Assembly (NCBI RefSeq): GCF_018350175.1
Contig: NC_058368.1
Location: 208,260,001 to 208,324,000 of the forward strand
Reading direction: 5' to 3'
DNA length: 64,000 nt
Origin: Felis catus
Lineage: Eukaryota
Of the stretch, positions 39,344 through 52,789 are shown one piece after another. Position numbers and translations under genes: made by a program. How positions within the stretch are numbered: the stretch's first letter is position 1; each line of letters starts with the position of its first letter. The notes beneath the pieces were generated by a model. That model was given only the letters and a program-made list of their open reading frames with translations. It was not told where the DNA came from and ran no database searches.

Positions 39344-39652
39344 ATATATATATATATATTCCATATATATATATATTCCATATATATATATATGGAATAT
39401 ATATATGGAATATATATATATATGGAATATATATATGGAATATATATATATATGGAATATATATATGGAATATATATATGGAATATATATATATATGGAA
39501 TATATATATGGAATATATATATGGAATATATATATATATGGAATATATATATGGAATATATATATGGAATATATATATATGGAATATATATATGGAATAT
39601 ATATATATATGGAATATATATATATATGGAATATATATGGAATATATATATG

Positions 39653-39692
<40 letters not shown>

Positions 39693-39694
39693 AA
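39344..39694. repeat. Compound ((TA)nTGGAA)m array, ~350 bp
   Basis: Seen directly; source of the spurious YI-rich ORFs. Confidence 0.95.
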
Positions 39695-39877
39695 TAGAAT
39701 ACTACATAGCAGGAGAAATAAATGAGCATTTAATGTGTTGACATGGCTTAATCTAACATTATTCCATGCAAAATATGTAAGTTGCAAAAGAACATATTCA
39801 GTTTGATGCCATTTATATAAAATTCAACAACAAACAAAATTTAATATATTATTTAGAGATAAATAAATCTATATATC

Positions 39878-39879
<2 letters not shown>

Positions 39880-39926
<47 letters not shown>
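39880..39926. repeat. (TA)n microsatellite
   Basis: Seen directly. Confidence 0.95.
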
Positions 39927-39928
<2 letters not shown>

Positions 39929-40597
39929 TTTAACTCCCCCAAAAAGTAAGACAATGACTAAAATACCTGGGGGAAGTTAGAAAAGGGATGTGAATGAGGT
40001 GTGAGGCACCGAAGCCTTTGGGTGCTCTATAATAGTCTATTTCATAAGACAGATGCCAGGTACCTGTGAATGTTCATATTATTTTTATATGAACTTGATG
40101 TATGAAATATTTCATCACAAATTCTTTAAAACAAGAAAGAGATATTGCACTAGAGCAAACAGTGCTACACCCAGAAAAAAGGGCCCCTACAAGGTTATCG
40201 TGGGTGCCACCATTTCCATCCATCTCAGCAGGACAATGGGATCTTTCAGACCTGGAAGGTGGGCTGAGAAAAACTCTTAGGAGACAAGGCATTGTCCTTT
40301 GGGAGACTGTCACAAAATCGACTGATCTGCAGCAGTCCTGACTTAGGTTCACACAGGTGGCACTCCCCCAGGGTATGAGAGTCTTTCAAAGTGCTGCTCC
40401 ATAGCACCCCTATTTCCTCCCAATGGGTTTTCACAGGCACAGGTACTAGTTGCCTTCTCTAATCAGGGCACACTGGGCCCCAGCCCTTACAGCATAAACA
40501 ACTCTGGCAACAGAAACTGACTTTTGTAGGTTGCCAATGCCCATCAGGCATCCAGTGTTTGGATGCCTGGTTAGGAAGGGAAGAGAAAAGAAGGGAA

Positions 40598-40767
40598 GGA
40601 GAGGGGAGGGGGAAGGAGAGGGGAGGGGGAAGGAGAGGGGAGGGGGAAGGAGAGGGGAGGGGGAAGGAGAGGGGAGGGGGAAGGAGAGGGGAGGGGGAAG
40701 GAGAGGGGAGGGGGAAGGAGAGGGGAGGGGGAAGGAGAGGGGAGGGGGAAGGAGAGGGGAGGGGGAA
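40598..40767. repeat. 17-bp minisatellite (GGAGAGGGGAGGGGGAA) x10
   Basis: Ten perfect units counted. Confidence 0.95.
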
Positions 40768-41735
40768 GGAGGGGAAGGAAGGGACGGGGCAGGAGGGGAA
40801 GAAGACATGACAAACATAAACTGAACTTAAAGCTATTCTGCTTTCAGAATAAGCTAAGCCAAACACCTTTGTCACAAAAGCAAACTCACCCTCCTTTAGG
40901 CAAAAAATAGCAAGCAGGTTGAAAACAGAAGGATGCGACAGAAAGGACAGAAAGAGGGTGTGGGAAGCCTTCTGGTCAGGCACACTGCTGATCAGAAATC
41001 TCCTTTGGACCAGAAAGAGAGAAACGTGGTGAACAGGTGATCAGGACACAGCAGGGAAGGAGCCGTTCTCAGGTGTTTGGGCACATTTTGGTGGAGGAGA
41101 GATGACACAGGGGACGTGGTGTTCTCACTACCCTCACATCAATTCTCCACAGTTTTATTTACAATAGCCCACGTGTCAGTGGAAAATTCAAGCCTGTTGA
41201 TTCCAGGTTTATACCTGGATGCAAGTTCTCTTAAGCCACCTGCATCCAGCCTGCACAGCTGTGCGCCAGATGTCTTCACACAAAAATCCAGGAATCTCGG
41301 AACACCACTTTCCTCTTTCTTGTCTCTCTGTATCTGTGTATCTTTCCACCTCTCTCCTCGACTCTCTCTCTTTTTCTGGGTCATTTTCTTACTCTCCATT
41401 TCTAGGTCTATCTCTCCATATATTCAAAATCGTCAGATTAAAGAGGAAATATTCCATTTGGCAGTAAAAGTACTATATAGCACATATGTGAAGAGAGCTG
41501 GGTCTTATTTCCAGGAAGCTGGCCTTTCTACCCCCCAAGGTGTTCTCTCTGCCCTGTGCACATTCTTGCCATTCTTGTACTGTGTTCATCAAAGTCAAGG
41601 TACTCTTCACTTCATCTTATGATGCCCTATCTGAAAAATAAAAACTTTCAAAGACTACCACCACTTACAAGATAAATCGTAGGCTCTTGGTTGAGAATTC
41701 AAGGATCTCAATGGTAACTCCTTGTTTTCCCTCCT

Positions 41736-41768
41736 TTTTTTTTTTTTTTTTTACCATTTATTTATTTT

Positions 41769-41806
<38 letters not shown>

Positions 41807-41934
41807 TGCGAAGCAGGCTCTAGGCTCTGAGCTGTCAGCACAGAGCCTGAGGTGGGGCTCGAACTCAAGGACTACGAGATCATGACCTGAGCCACAGTCG
41901 GACATGTAGCCAACTGAGCTACTGAGGTGCCCCC
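41736..41934 (-). mobile_element. CanSINE (SINEC_Fc-type)
   Basis: Consensus match; flanking ttccctcctt repeat. Confidence 0.9.
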
Positions 41935-43890
41935 TGTATTCCCTCCTTCTTTCCCCCATCACCATGATTTCCTGAAACCTACTTTCTCCCCCCCAAATAA
42001 CAGGTATGGTTGTGTGCGTAACATAATACATTTCTAAACTTTATAATAATCTTGCAAAGTAATTATGGCTCATTTCACTTTATAGATAAGTTAAGTTGAA
42101 GCTCAAAAAGGTTAAATGATTTGACTAAGATCAAAGACTTTGTAACTGGCCGAGCCTGACTCAAAGCCAGGTCTTTCTGGTTGCTGCTTTCCCAGTTGTC
42201 TGTAAGAGAAGCAGCCACTATGGAGGCGGAAAGAGCCTGGGAATTAGAAAATCAACATTTATTGACCATTTTTACTGTGCCAGGAACTTTTCATGCATTG
42301 TTTTTATTAATCCTCAAAAAGTCCTGTAGAAGTAGTATTACCTCCATTTTACCATGTGGAGATAGAAACTCAAAAAGATTAAATAACTTGCTCAAAGGCA
42401 TGCAGATGATAAATGGCAGAGCTAGAATTTATCTTTGGTCTCTCTTTTGACTGCATCATACTATTCATAATCTGATTCCAAATTGTGTTTTCAGCCTTTT
42501 TTCCCCTATTCAAAAGTCCTAGTGGCCAAACTGGTCTACCAGTTGTCTCCTTAATATATCTTGTGTTTTCTCACCCCAAGACTGGTCATTATGTTTTTCC
42601 CCACATTACCATCTTTTCTTCCTCTCCTATATCCTACACATAGCTTACCTATCCTTCCAACTGCACGCATTCTGCGGAGACAGAGCTGAATGTACATCAT
42701 CAAAATGCTAAAATCAAGTGATATTTTAAAAAGAGAACATCAGACTCTTTCCAGAGAAAAAAATGGTTATTCCACAAAAGATGGAACTGCCAAGACCTCT
42801 AGGATGTTCCTCCAGCTCCTCCTGATTAGGGTTATCCACCCATGGATGTGTGCTTCTAAATATGAGCTTGGAATAAACTTCCATAGCTTGATAAAATCAG
42901 CATATATTTGAGGTGCTAGTTCCACCGTCTGGACTCCAGGCCCTGGAATGCTGCCCTTGTGTTTCCCAACTCAGCTGTGAACCCCTTGATGGCAGGAGCC
43001 ATAATTTTAGACTTCTTGACATCCCTTTTATTCATCCATTTAAGTAACACTTCACATACTCATCAAAGCTCCCTCTAGGTACAGAAGACTCTCCCACAAT
43101 GGCTCTGTCCTGACACTCTGGCTCTGTCCTGGCCTGGCCTAGCTGGCCATGCCTATTTAAGCGAGAGAATATCTGGAGGGGAATCCTTACAGGGTGAGAC
43201 TCTGCCCCTCATCCAAACATATTCCCATCAAACTACCACCATCCTTGTCCCTTTTCAATTCATCAATGTCCCTTGTCCCAACTCAGACTAAAGTTGAAAG
43301 TTCAAAGAGAGCCTAGACACCATCCAGTCCAAACTTCCCATTTCATAAATATGTAAACTGAGGCCACAAAGAAAAGTGACTTGAGATCAAGTTCATGCAT
43401 CTCATTAGAAGATCTGGGGCCATACTTGGATCATATGACCTCTAGTTCAATATCCATAATACCCTCTCATGCAGACTTTTTGGTGCTAAGTATCTAATAA
43501 GATACTTCAGTCAGGAGAACACAGAGAAACTGAGGATGGGTGCAGGTAGCTGAGGTCTCCTCTTGCCCATTAGCCCACCTAGGAAGTCTGTCTTGAAGGC
43601 AACTCCTTAGAGAAAAGGACCGCAGATGCATTGCAGCAGCTATGAAATGGTGCCCTGATGAGAATGGAAATCATTCCAGATTCCCTGTTCTTTCTAATGA
43701 GTAAAATAAGGCATATATTATTCATTGGATAAAATCCTTTGGTATTTATAAAAATTAGTCTGTTTCAACACGATATCACATATCTTTTTGAAGTCAGAGG
43801 CTACTTCTCAGTTTGGGGAAACAAAGGATGTGAGATAAAGGAAAAAGAATATGGAATTACAAGGACTCAGAGTCAAAGAAATTTTGACTT

Positions 43891-44112
43891 AAAAAAATTT
43901 TTTTTTTCAACGTTTATTTATTTTTGGGACAGAGAGAGACAGAGCATGAACGGGGGAGGGGCAGAGAGAGAGGGAGACACAGAATCGGAAACAGGCTCCA
44001 GGCTCTGAGCCATCAGCACAGAGCCCGACGCGGGGCTCGAACTCCCGGAACGCAAGATCGTGAGACCTGGCTGAAGTCAGACGCTTAACCGACTGCGCCA
44101 CCCAGGCGCCCC
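43891..44112 (-). mobile_element. Young felid SINEC_Fc
   Basis: CpG-intact body, caacgtttatttatttttgggacagagagagac diagnostic, TSD aaattttgactt. Confidence 0.95.
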
Positions 44113-47100
44113 AAAATTTTGACTTTTAAAGAAAGACTTTAGAGATCAGCGAGCACAAGCCCATTTTACAGAAGAGTAATCTGAGGCTCATAGAGTCCAT
44201 GTGACTTGCCCAGAGGGACAGAGCACTGGTGGCAGAGCTGATCTAGAATTCTGGGCTCCTGATGATGCTTTCTGCTATCCTTTACAACCTGTCAAATTCC
44301 CTATCCCTCATAATAACCCGGGCTAATAGTAATTTCCCACTTTTAAGGAAAAGAGTACAGCATGGCTAGAAGAAAGCTGGAATAAATCTCTCTACTCTTG
44401 TTCATGGACGGCCTCACCACCTCAGAGTTCAAATCCACAGCTTACATGAAGTTTTTACCAATGCCGTTTCTCAGTGAACACGGAATGCACAGTCCGAGAT
44501 AGTGATAAGAATTCTCAGTGGCCTGGGGTTATTGTAATTAAAGTGCACAACTTATCTCTTTCTACTTGGCACATTGTTAATTAGGAAAAGAGAACATTAA
44601 AAAGGAAGCATTTATTTAGAACCAGAATAGTCAAACCACTCACTGAATGCAAAACAAGTTCAAGGGTTATTCCACTAGAGGAAAAACTAATATACAAAAT
44701 ACAAATTACTGTTAATAAGTTAAAGGATGACTTATTTTATAAAAACCTGTCTGTTTATTTTTATAAAAGCATCACAAGTGTTCTCCAGATAGTGAGTTTC
44801 TCTGATATATCAACATGGTGTAGTTGGAAATACCCCTGGTCACGGAATCCAGATAATTAGGAGAGGGACACAGATGACTATGTGACCTTGGACAAGACAC
44901 CTAATCTCTCTGGGTCTCATGTTTTCTAATAAAGCAAGGAATGGGATGATATTTGATGACCTAAGGATCCTTTCTAGCCCTAACATTCTGTGACCCTTAA
45001 GTTTACACTTTTGATTGAGACATATTGCTGGCACCTGTTATTCCAAGCAGCGTTTGAAAAAGAAACAACTGGGGAATTTTATTTACTGTGGATGAAAAAG
45101 AAAAAAAGAAGTTAGTTCAGCACAAAAGTTACATGCTTTGGGGATTGTGGCTTTCTGTTCGATATTATAAGCCTCCTAGAAGATAGGATATCATTTATCA
45201 GAATTCATCTTCATTAATAAGAACCAGGTTATTGCAGTCCCTTCTCTTAATAGCTCTTGGCAACGGATGAGAGAGGAACAGTTATTCCCCACTCCTGAAG
45301 TTGTAATCATGCAAAGAGAGTTCCCCAAAATACTGTTGGATTCTTGTCCAACCCCTTTTCCTCCCTACAGAAGTAGAGACAGTAGCCTGGTGGCCGGATG
45401 GAAGCATTTGGTACACATTTCTGAACTGAGTGAAGCTAATCTATCAAAGAACCTGGGGCAGGGGAGGAGGACTTGGGGGCAAATTTGGTCCCTCCACCTT
45501 CTTTCTCAACCTAGAAAAGGGGAAAGCAGTGACCTGGGCAGGTGTGGCTTCGCTGCAAATGCAAGCTTTCCTTCACGCGGGCTCTTCCCTAGTCAGAGGG
45601 GAGTCCACAAACCCACTTTGTACTGTAGAGTAAGCTACGTTCTCTGCCCGGCCTTTATCAGAAATAAGGATGGCAATTTGATTCTTTATCTGCTGACTCT
45701 GCTGCCGTATTTCTGTTGGTTCAGAAAATGGACAAAGGGGAAAGTGGTGTTAACTGGGCAACCTCAAAACCCTAACACTCACCAAAACAAGAATGACTGG
45801 AGGAAAAGGGTCCCCCGTGAAGCAGTGTGTCATGGACAGAAACTAGGTCATCCCTTCCAGTACAAATATTTAAGATTCGGCTGGGTGGATGGAAAAATGA
45901 CAGGCCAGACCTGTGGCCTTTGTGGCTTCAGAGACTTTCTTGTTACTCTGGCTAAGCCCCATCTCACAGCAATTTATTCCTTCTCATCCTGTTCCACCCA
46001 GAAAGAACATTGGTTCTTCTTTCATTTCAGAGACATATCTCCCATCTCAGGGACTTTAGACATGTTATTCCCTATGCTTGGAAATCTCATCTCTCACTGC
46101 CCAGCTTTTGCCTTTTAAATTCTTGTATTTGTTCAAAATCACTTTCTTAGAGATGTTTTCTCTGAACCCTAGATAAAGTCAGGTTCCCTTCCTATATACT
46201 CTCATGGTTCTGTCCTCTCTTAGATCATTATTAACGTACAATTACATATTTATTTGTAGAATGATTTCATAAATGTGACTCTCCCAATAGATTGAAAGTG
46301 CCTTGAAGAAGGCAATACTGTCCATATTGGTTTCTACTATGACACCAAAACCTCACTCACTCCCTGGCACCTTGAAGACATTCACAAAATGTGTAAGAAA
46401 TAAAAAGAGTGAACTTTTGAAACAATGAAGGCAGAATAAAAACATATGACAGTAGCACTCATCTGGATTCTTAAATAGCAAAAGTCTAGGGACAAGAGGA
46501 CCCCACATAAAGAGTTTAAAAGCTAACAATAATTCTGAGATCTTAAGGAAATCATTCCATAGACTTTTCCCGGAAAAGAATCCATATCCTGCACCTCTTC
46601 TGGGGTTGGTCTTTCAAGCGGCTCTTCTGCATTAAGTTACTCTGGCTTGGGCTCTATGAACTTAGTCCTGCCACCCTCGCTGAAAATGATGGAACCAGGA
46701 CCTATGTCTGAGCCTAAACAACCATATCCAGACTGACCACCCCCAGGGGCCTCATGTGAAAATCTACCAAAAGGAGGGCTTCATATCAGAGGGCAAGGCA
46801 GATATTTCAACCTTAATCCCTCCTCCCTTACCTATTCTCCGTAGATACTATAGGAGCTAAATGTTGGATTTCTGAGCCTCCTTTGCATCTCGGTAGTTTG
46901 GGTCAGTAAGGTACAAGTGGAAGTCTGTTAGAACCTCCCTTTCTACTATATTGTCTTTGGCAGTGAAGGTGGTTGTGATGCTGGAGTTTCAGTGCATTCC
47001 TAACTGAAATGGATGGGGATCCAATGACACAGTTAGACCCTCTCCTTGGGAAATGTACCCACCGACTGTGCGCATGCTGAGGGGGTGGGGCACAAGAGCT

Positions 47101-48251
47101 CCCCTGTGAACCTGAAGGTCACTGGGAGAGACTTCTGGTTGTGCATAAAATTAGCCTATTCAACGTCAGCCTCGGCAGCATAAGGACTCAGAGGGTCTGC
47201 AAGGACACTGAATGGTTTCCCTTGCTCCTTCCTTCTCCCCAAATAATCTGCCTGAATGTTTTCTTCCAATTTGAATGGATCTAACCAATCCAGGGTATGT
47301 TGCCACAGTGGTAGGAGTGGGGTGTTGGGACAGAGCTGCTCTAAGTACCAGCCGTAGGCAGAAGTGTTCGCTCTTTTCTGTTCATGCTTCAAGAATCTCT
47401 CATCTGACTGGAGCTCAGGATGATACCCCAGGCATGGAGTGACCATTAGAGCCCTCACCTCAAAGCTTCTTAAACTCCTTTATCTTTATGCACACACACA
47501 CAGGGGCCGCACCAACTGTGCATAACCCCTGTGAGGTGTCGCCTTTTGAAGAACATAAACCATTCAACAGAGAACAAGCCACTGTATCTTTCTCCCTCAG
47601 AGCCTCCCTTTCTATGGATAATGGGGCCGTGGAAAGTTAAGCAAATGGCCAGAAACCACCAAGGTGTTAGGCACTTACTTCTCTGCTACCCACTGAAGGA
47701 GGAGATGCACCAGCAAAACATAATGTAAGGTGGCTGTAAGAGGTGGCTGCAAACACAGCAGGAAGACCCAAGGCCATATTTTCATCATGCTGTGCTAGAA
47801 ATTTCAGACTTGGAATCTTTGTAACCTCAGAGAATGATGAATTATAATTCACTGACAACATTCCATGGCCATACCTGGGGACTCGGGGAGGAAAGGGCAG
47901 CGTACCGTTTAGCCGGGCAACAAGAACATTTCTGAACAGCTGAAATGGTGGCTGGCATTAAGAATTCAGTGTTATGTATACAGCGGGCACTCAATATGTA
48001 TTTGTTAGCTAAGAGAACAGGTCAATGACTGAATGTTCTCTGCAAGAACCAAATCTTACAGTGTGCTCTGCACATGGCAAGTGCAAAATAAATGTTTTGT
48101 GAAAGACTGCAATTTTAATCTGGTCAATGCCAATGCTCTAAATGTCTAGTCAGCCATTTTTACTGGGGCTTTCGTAGCAATTGTCAATTATTGATGGCAG
48201 AAAACTATTGTCCACAGCGTCAGGAGGATATGGCTTAAAAAGTGAGATCTC

Positions 48252-48467
48252 GGGGCGCCTGGGTGGTGCAGTCGGTTAAGCGTCCGACTTCAGCCAGGTC
48301 ACGATCTCGCGGTCCGTAAGTTCGAGCCCCGCGTCGGGCTCTGGGCTGATGGCTCGGAGCCTGGAGCCTGTTTCCGATTCTGTGTCTCCCTCTCTCTCTG
48401 CCCCTCGCCCGTTCATGCTCTGTCTCTCTCTGTCCCAAAAATAAATAAACGTTAATTAAAAAAAAAA
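48252..48467 (+). mobile_element. Young felid SINEC_Fc
   Basis: CpG-intact body; TSD gtgagatctc. Confidence 0.95.
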
Positions 48468-49792
48468 GGTGAGATCTCCCTCTTCTTCTCTCTCTCTCTC
48501 TCTCTCCTTTTCTTTCTGTGGGATAATTTGGCAGTATAGTCAAGCATTTGCGTTATTCAATTTTGTAATTCTATTAGAGATTTATCTAGTCAGATGTATT
48601 AAAAATGTTCATTATTTTTAAAAATTATTTTCAACTGAATGGTGTGTGCTATGTTCATGGGACGACATTACGTTTGGAAAAATGGAGGTCATTGGCCCTC
48701 TTCACATGAGCAGTGGGGGTAAAGGCAGGTTGGAGTTGGCTGAACAGTGAATAGAGGTCAAAAAAAGGGAGGGGGGAGGTAACTGAATATAGACAACACA
48801 GTAACTCTAGCTTGAAGGAAAGCAGAGAAATGAGATGGTAAGGGAAGAATTGTGGGGTCAAGGGAGTCTTTTCTGTGAGTATGGCATACGTGTGTTGATG
48901 AAAATGACGTAGAAAAGTTGAGAGTCAAAGATGGATCCTGTCGGAGAGACTGGGGGTAACAAACACAAAACTGATGTAAATGGTGTAATCTCCATCCGGC
49001 CAGTACAAAACAGGGCTTGGTTCATACCCTGCCTGCACTTGGGACCCAGGAGGCTGAACAGAGACTGAGATGGGAAAGACAGAGGACGTGCAGCTTGAAG
49101 TGCAGTGGGGAGGGAGACACCCTGGCCCACAGCACGGGATGACTGATGCTGTGTGCGTGGGAACACCACTGTCTCCGTGGTGCCCTTTGAAGTGGCTTCA
49201 CATATGGACATCAACTGTGGTCCAGTTCTCTTTTAGAGATCACCAGATGGTTTAAACCAGAGACGGTGATAGCTTCTCATTCCTCCTTTCCAATTTGAGA
49301 CACGATGCTAGGAGAAATCATTACCATCACAAAGTTTTATACGGGATTAAATAGTTTTTCAACAACGACAGTGAAACAGAGACTCAATCACAAAGTTAGA
49401 GAAAGTTTATCACCCTCTCTTAACAGACCCTCAAGAATTTACTGAAAAGTATACTTCAGGAAGAAGAAGTAAAGAATAAGATGCAGAGTAGTGGGCAGAG
49501 AAACTGGTAAACATTTGGATAAATCTAAAGAAGTGTTACTTAAAAAAAAAAAAAAAAAGCCTAACCTGTGGCTATTGGATGGAATAAAAATACTGAAAGA
49601 GAACACGCAAGATAAGAAAGAATTCACTTAGATTGAGGCTGTTAAGATTGAGGTTTATGAGGGTAATAGATACTGATTAACCTGAGACTATAAAAGTTTG
49701 GAAGTCAACAATTTATGGATGGTAAATAAAAGAATGCATAATTCATCCCAATAGAGGGGAAAAGTAGGGGGCTAAGAAGATATAGTCTATCC

Positions 49793-50016
49793 TTTTTTTT
49801 TTGTTTTAATTTTTTAATGTTTATTTTTGAGAAAGAGAGGCAGAACACGAGCAGGGGAGGGGCAGAGAGAGAGGGAGACACAGAATCCGAAGCAGGCTCC
49901 AGGCTCTGAGCTGTCAGCACAGAACCTGACACAGGGCTCAAACTCATGAACTGTGAGATCATGAGCTGAGCCGAAGTTGGAAGGCTGGACTGCCAACTGA
50001 GCCACCCAGGTGTCCC
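49793..50016 (-). mobile_element. CanSINE (SINEC_Fc-type)
   Basis: Consensus match; diverged TSD atatagt..atcct. Confidence 0.92.
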
Positions 50017-50149
50017 AAATATAGTTAATCCTATAGAAAACAGGAAGGAAGCCAAGACAAAGATTCCCCACCCCCATCACCAAAAAAAAAAAAAAAAAAA
50101 AAAAGAGAGAGAAAAGCAGAGTAAAGAACACAAAATAAAACAGCAGAAA

Positions 50150-52770
50150 TAAATAAAACATGTTAACAATTACAATAACTGTAAAAAAAAAATTCTTGCC
50201 ATCTAAAGGACAGAGTTTGCCAGATTGGATTTTTAAAAGTTAAGCTGTATATTATTTCCAGAAAGTACCTCCAACATAAGACACAGAGAGATCAAAAGTA
50301 AAAAAGATGTAATAGATGTTTCAAGCACTAGCAAAAACTACTGGATCTATATTATTACTATATTATTATTAGGCAACATAAACTTTCAGGGAAAAAAGAA
50401 ACAGCATCATTAATGTTAAACATGGTGGCTAAGTCATCATTAAAGGAACCACCAGGAATATAAGATGATCCTAACCTTGTATGTACCTAATATTACAACC
50501 TCACATATATAGAGAGAAAGAGATGGAGATACAGGGAGATATGGTGAGAAATTTTAATGTGTCTCTCTCAGTAACTGATCAGGCTGACAATATAGATGAT
50601 TTGAACAATGATATTACAAAGCTTGATCAAGTGGACATATATAGAACCCTAGACACCAAAATATGAGAATACATATTCTTTTCGAAAGTACACGGGAGGG
50701 GTGCCTGGGTGGCTCAGTTCGTTAAGTGACCCGCTTCGGCTCAAGTCATGATCTTGCAGTCTGTGAGTTCAAGCCCCACATCTGGCTTCTGAGTCTCCCT
50801 CTCTCCCTTATCTCCCCTGCTCACGCTCTTTCTGTTTCTCTCAAAAATAAATAAAAACATTGAAAAAATAATTTTTAAAAAAGGACATGGGAAAAGTGCA
50901 TGGAAAGAAAATTGTGACTACAAAAAAACAGAGAAAGAAAGATCCACAGATTAAACTAATTTCAAACAGCTTTCCAAGTGTAAGAGACTGGAGAGTAAGT
51001 GTGACAAAACTCACTTAAAGACTTTAGAAAGATCCAAATAAATGGATGAAATTGAATACACATGACTCTATGTCATAAAAATGACAGTCCCTCCAGAATT
51101 AATTTATAAATTCAATATAGAATTCAGCATAATTCTGACTTTAAAATCCCAACAGAGTTTTTCACGGAATTGAAAAACTGATTCTAAAATTTATATTGAT
51201 TAGTAAAGGTCAAGGAAAGACAAGGCAATTTCGAAGAAGAATGAGTGTAGAATTACCTACCAGATAACATATTTTTATAAAGCTGCAGACATTAAGACAG
51301 TGTGATATCAAGGAAAGGATAGAGAAATAGACTACAGAAAACTGAGAAACAGATACACAAATGTATGGAGCTGATACATTAGAAAGATGCCATTATAGAT
51401 CAATAGGGAAAAGGATTAATGAATGACTCATCAGTTGGTTCTGGGCAACTGGTTATTGGTATGAAAAAAAAATATGAAGCTAGGCTCCTAGTTCTCCATA
51501 CCTAAATGTAAATTTCAGGTAGATTGAGATCTTAAATATGAAAAGCAAAATTTTCAAATTTATAGGATAAACAAAATTTTGCTTAATGACCTTGGGAAAA
51601 GGAAGTAGTTAAAAAACACAGGAAGCAGAAATCATAAAAGAAAAATTGAGATATTTAACTGTATTGAATAAAATAATTCTGTTTATTAATTGATGTTATA
51701 AGTGAAGTGAAACATAAGTCACAGGCTAGCAGAAGATATTTGCAACACATATTACTAAGGATTAGTCTTTAAATGTATATATTAATGCTTATCAATACAT
51801 ACTATGTAATGATATATACATGTACACTATGTATATCATTAATGTATCTAAATAAATTAATGTATATTTACATGTATGTAGGCATATATAGAAATAAGGA
51901 AAGGTAAAACATATAAACAGCCAATTCATAGAATGATTAATAAATTTATAAAATTATGTTTAACTTCACTAGAAACGGGAACATGCAAATCAAAATAATA
52001 ATGCCATATCACTTTTCCTCCATCAGATTGACTCTATTTAAAAGTCTGATAATACCAAGCACTGGAAAAGATCTACAGCAAGAAGGGTTTTGAACACACT
52101 GCCCATGGTGTGGAGGTAACTACAAACACCCTGAGGATCAATTTTCTACCCGGTGACAGAGTTGAAGATACACATGCACAACTCAGCAATTTCATTTGGA
52201 AGCACATACTCAGGAAAAGCTCTTCTACACAGGCTCAAGGAAACATATATGAAATTGCTCATTGTAACGTTGTTTTTAATGGCAAAAAGGGGACAATTTA
52301 AATGTCTAAAATCCAAATAACTGATAAATAAACTATAGTGTATTTATGTGGTGAAACATTATACAGCAGTGAAGTTGCATGAATTCAAGCTTTACAATTC
52401 AACTCGCATGAGAGTCAAAAACATAATGTTGTAGAGACAAGTTTACCACGAAAGGATACCTGCATGTCACTGCATTTATCATAGAAACACTCAAAACGAT
52501 ACCCCATAGTTTACAAATGTATACACGTTAGTATATTGATTTAATGTGTAGGGAAATCATAACACAATGCAAATATATCTCCAGGGAGAAGACAGAGGAT
52601 GGTGTTGGGAAGGTACTGGGGACAGGGTACAGAATGTCCCTGTATCTGTGAGGTTTTATTTTTGTAACACTGAAGAAAATACGGCAACCATTAAGATTTC
52701 CCAAAGCTGGGTCACGGATACAGAGGTATCCCTGACATTTTTCACTATGCTTGAAACTGCTCATAAGAAA
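50150..52770 (+). mobile_element. Degenerate old L1 (L1ME-like) ORF2 fragments and 3'UTR, interrupted by a SINE
   Basis: Endonuclease-region motifs (gtatgtacctaat, gagaattttaa, tggacatatatagaacc) and RT/C-terminal motifs (aaaactgattctaaaatttata, agaagatatttgcaac). Confidence 0.8.
50698..50882 (+). mobile_element. CanSINE with internal deletion, inserted in L1
   Basis: Head and tail present; diverged TSD aaagtacacggga/aaaggacatggga. Confidence 0.85.
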
Positions 52771-52789
52771 AAGGAAGCAACGTAACAAA

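Larger units (their letters stand above)
38900..40135 (+). mobile_element. Old L1ME-like 3' fragment hosting TA-rich repeats
   Basis: cttttgacccagcaatctcac, tcaatagagaatggataa, gccatttatataaaattcaa motifs. Confidence 0.7.

Noticed and set aside
39278..39787. YI/MEY-repeat ORFs
   Set aside because: Translation of the (TA)nTGGAA array
40446..40983. Pro/Ser-rich and Gly/Glu/Arg-rich ORFs
   Set aside because: Translation of the 17-bp minisatellite
45267..46118. Longest ORF in the track (283 aa, + strand, antisense in the intron)
   Set aside because: No recognisable domain, random-looking composition and no evident splice or promoter context; most likely a chance ORF. A BLASTP or PhyloCSF test would settle it.
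46600..47460. Possible decayed retroviral/gypsy internal sequence (ORF 47156..47458)
   Set aside because: No diagnostic gag/pol motif recognised; needs a Dfam search
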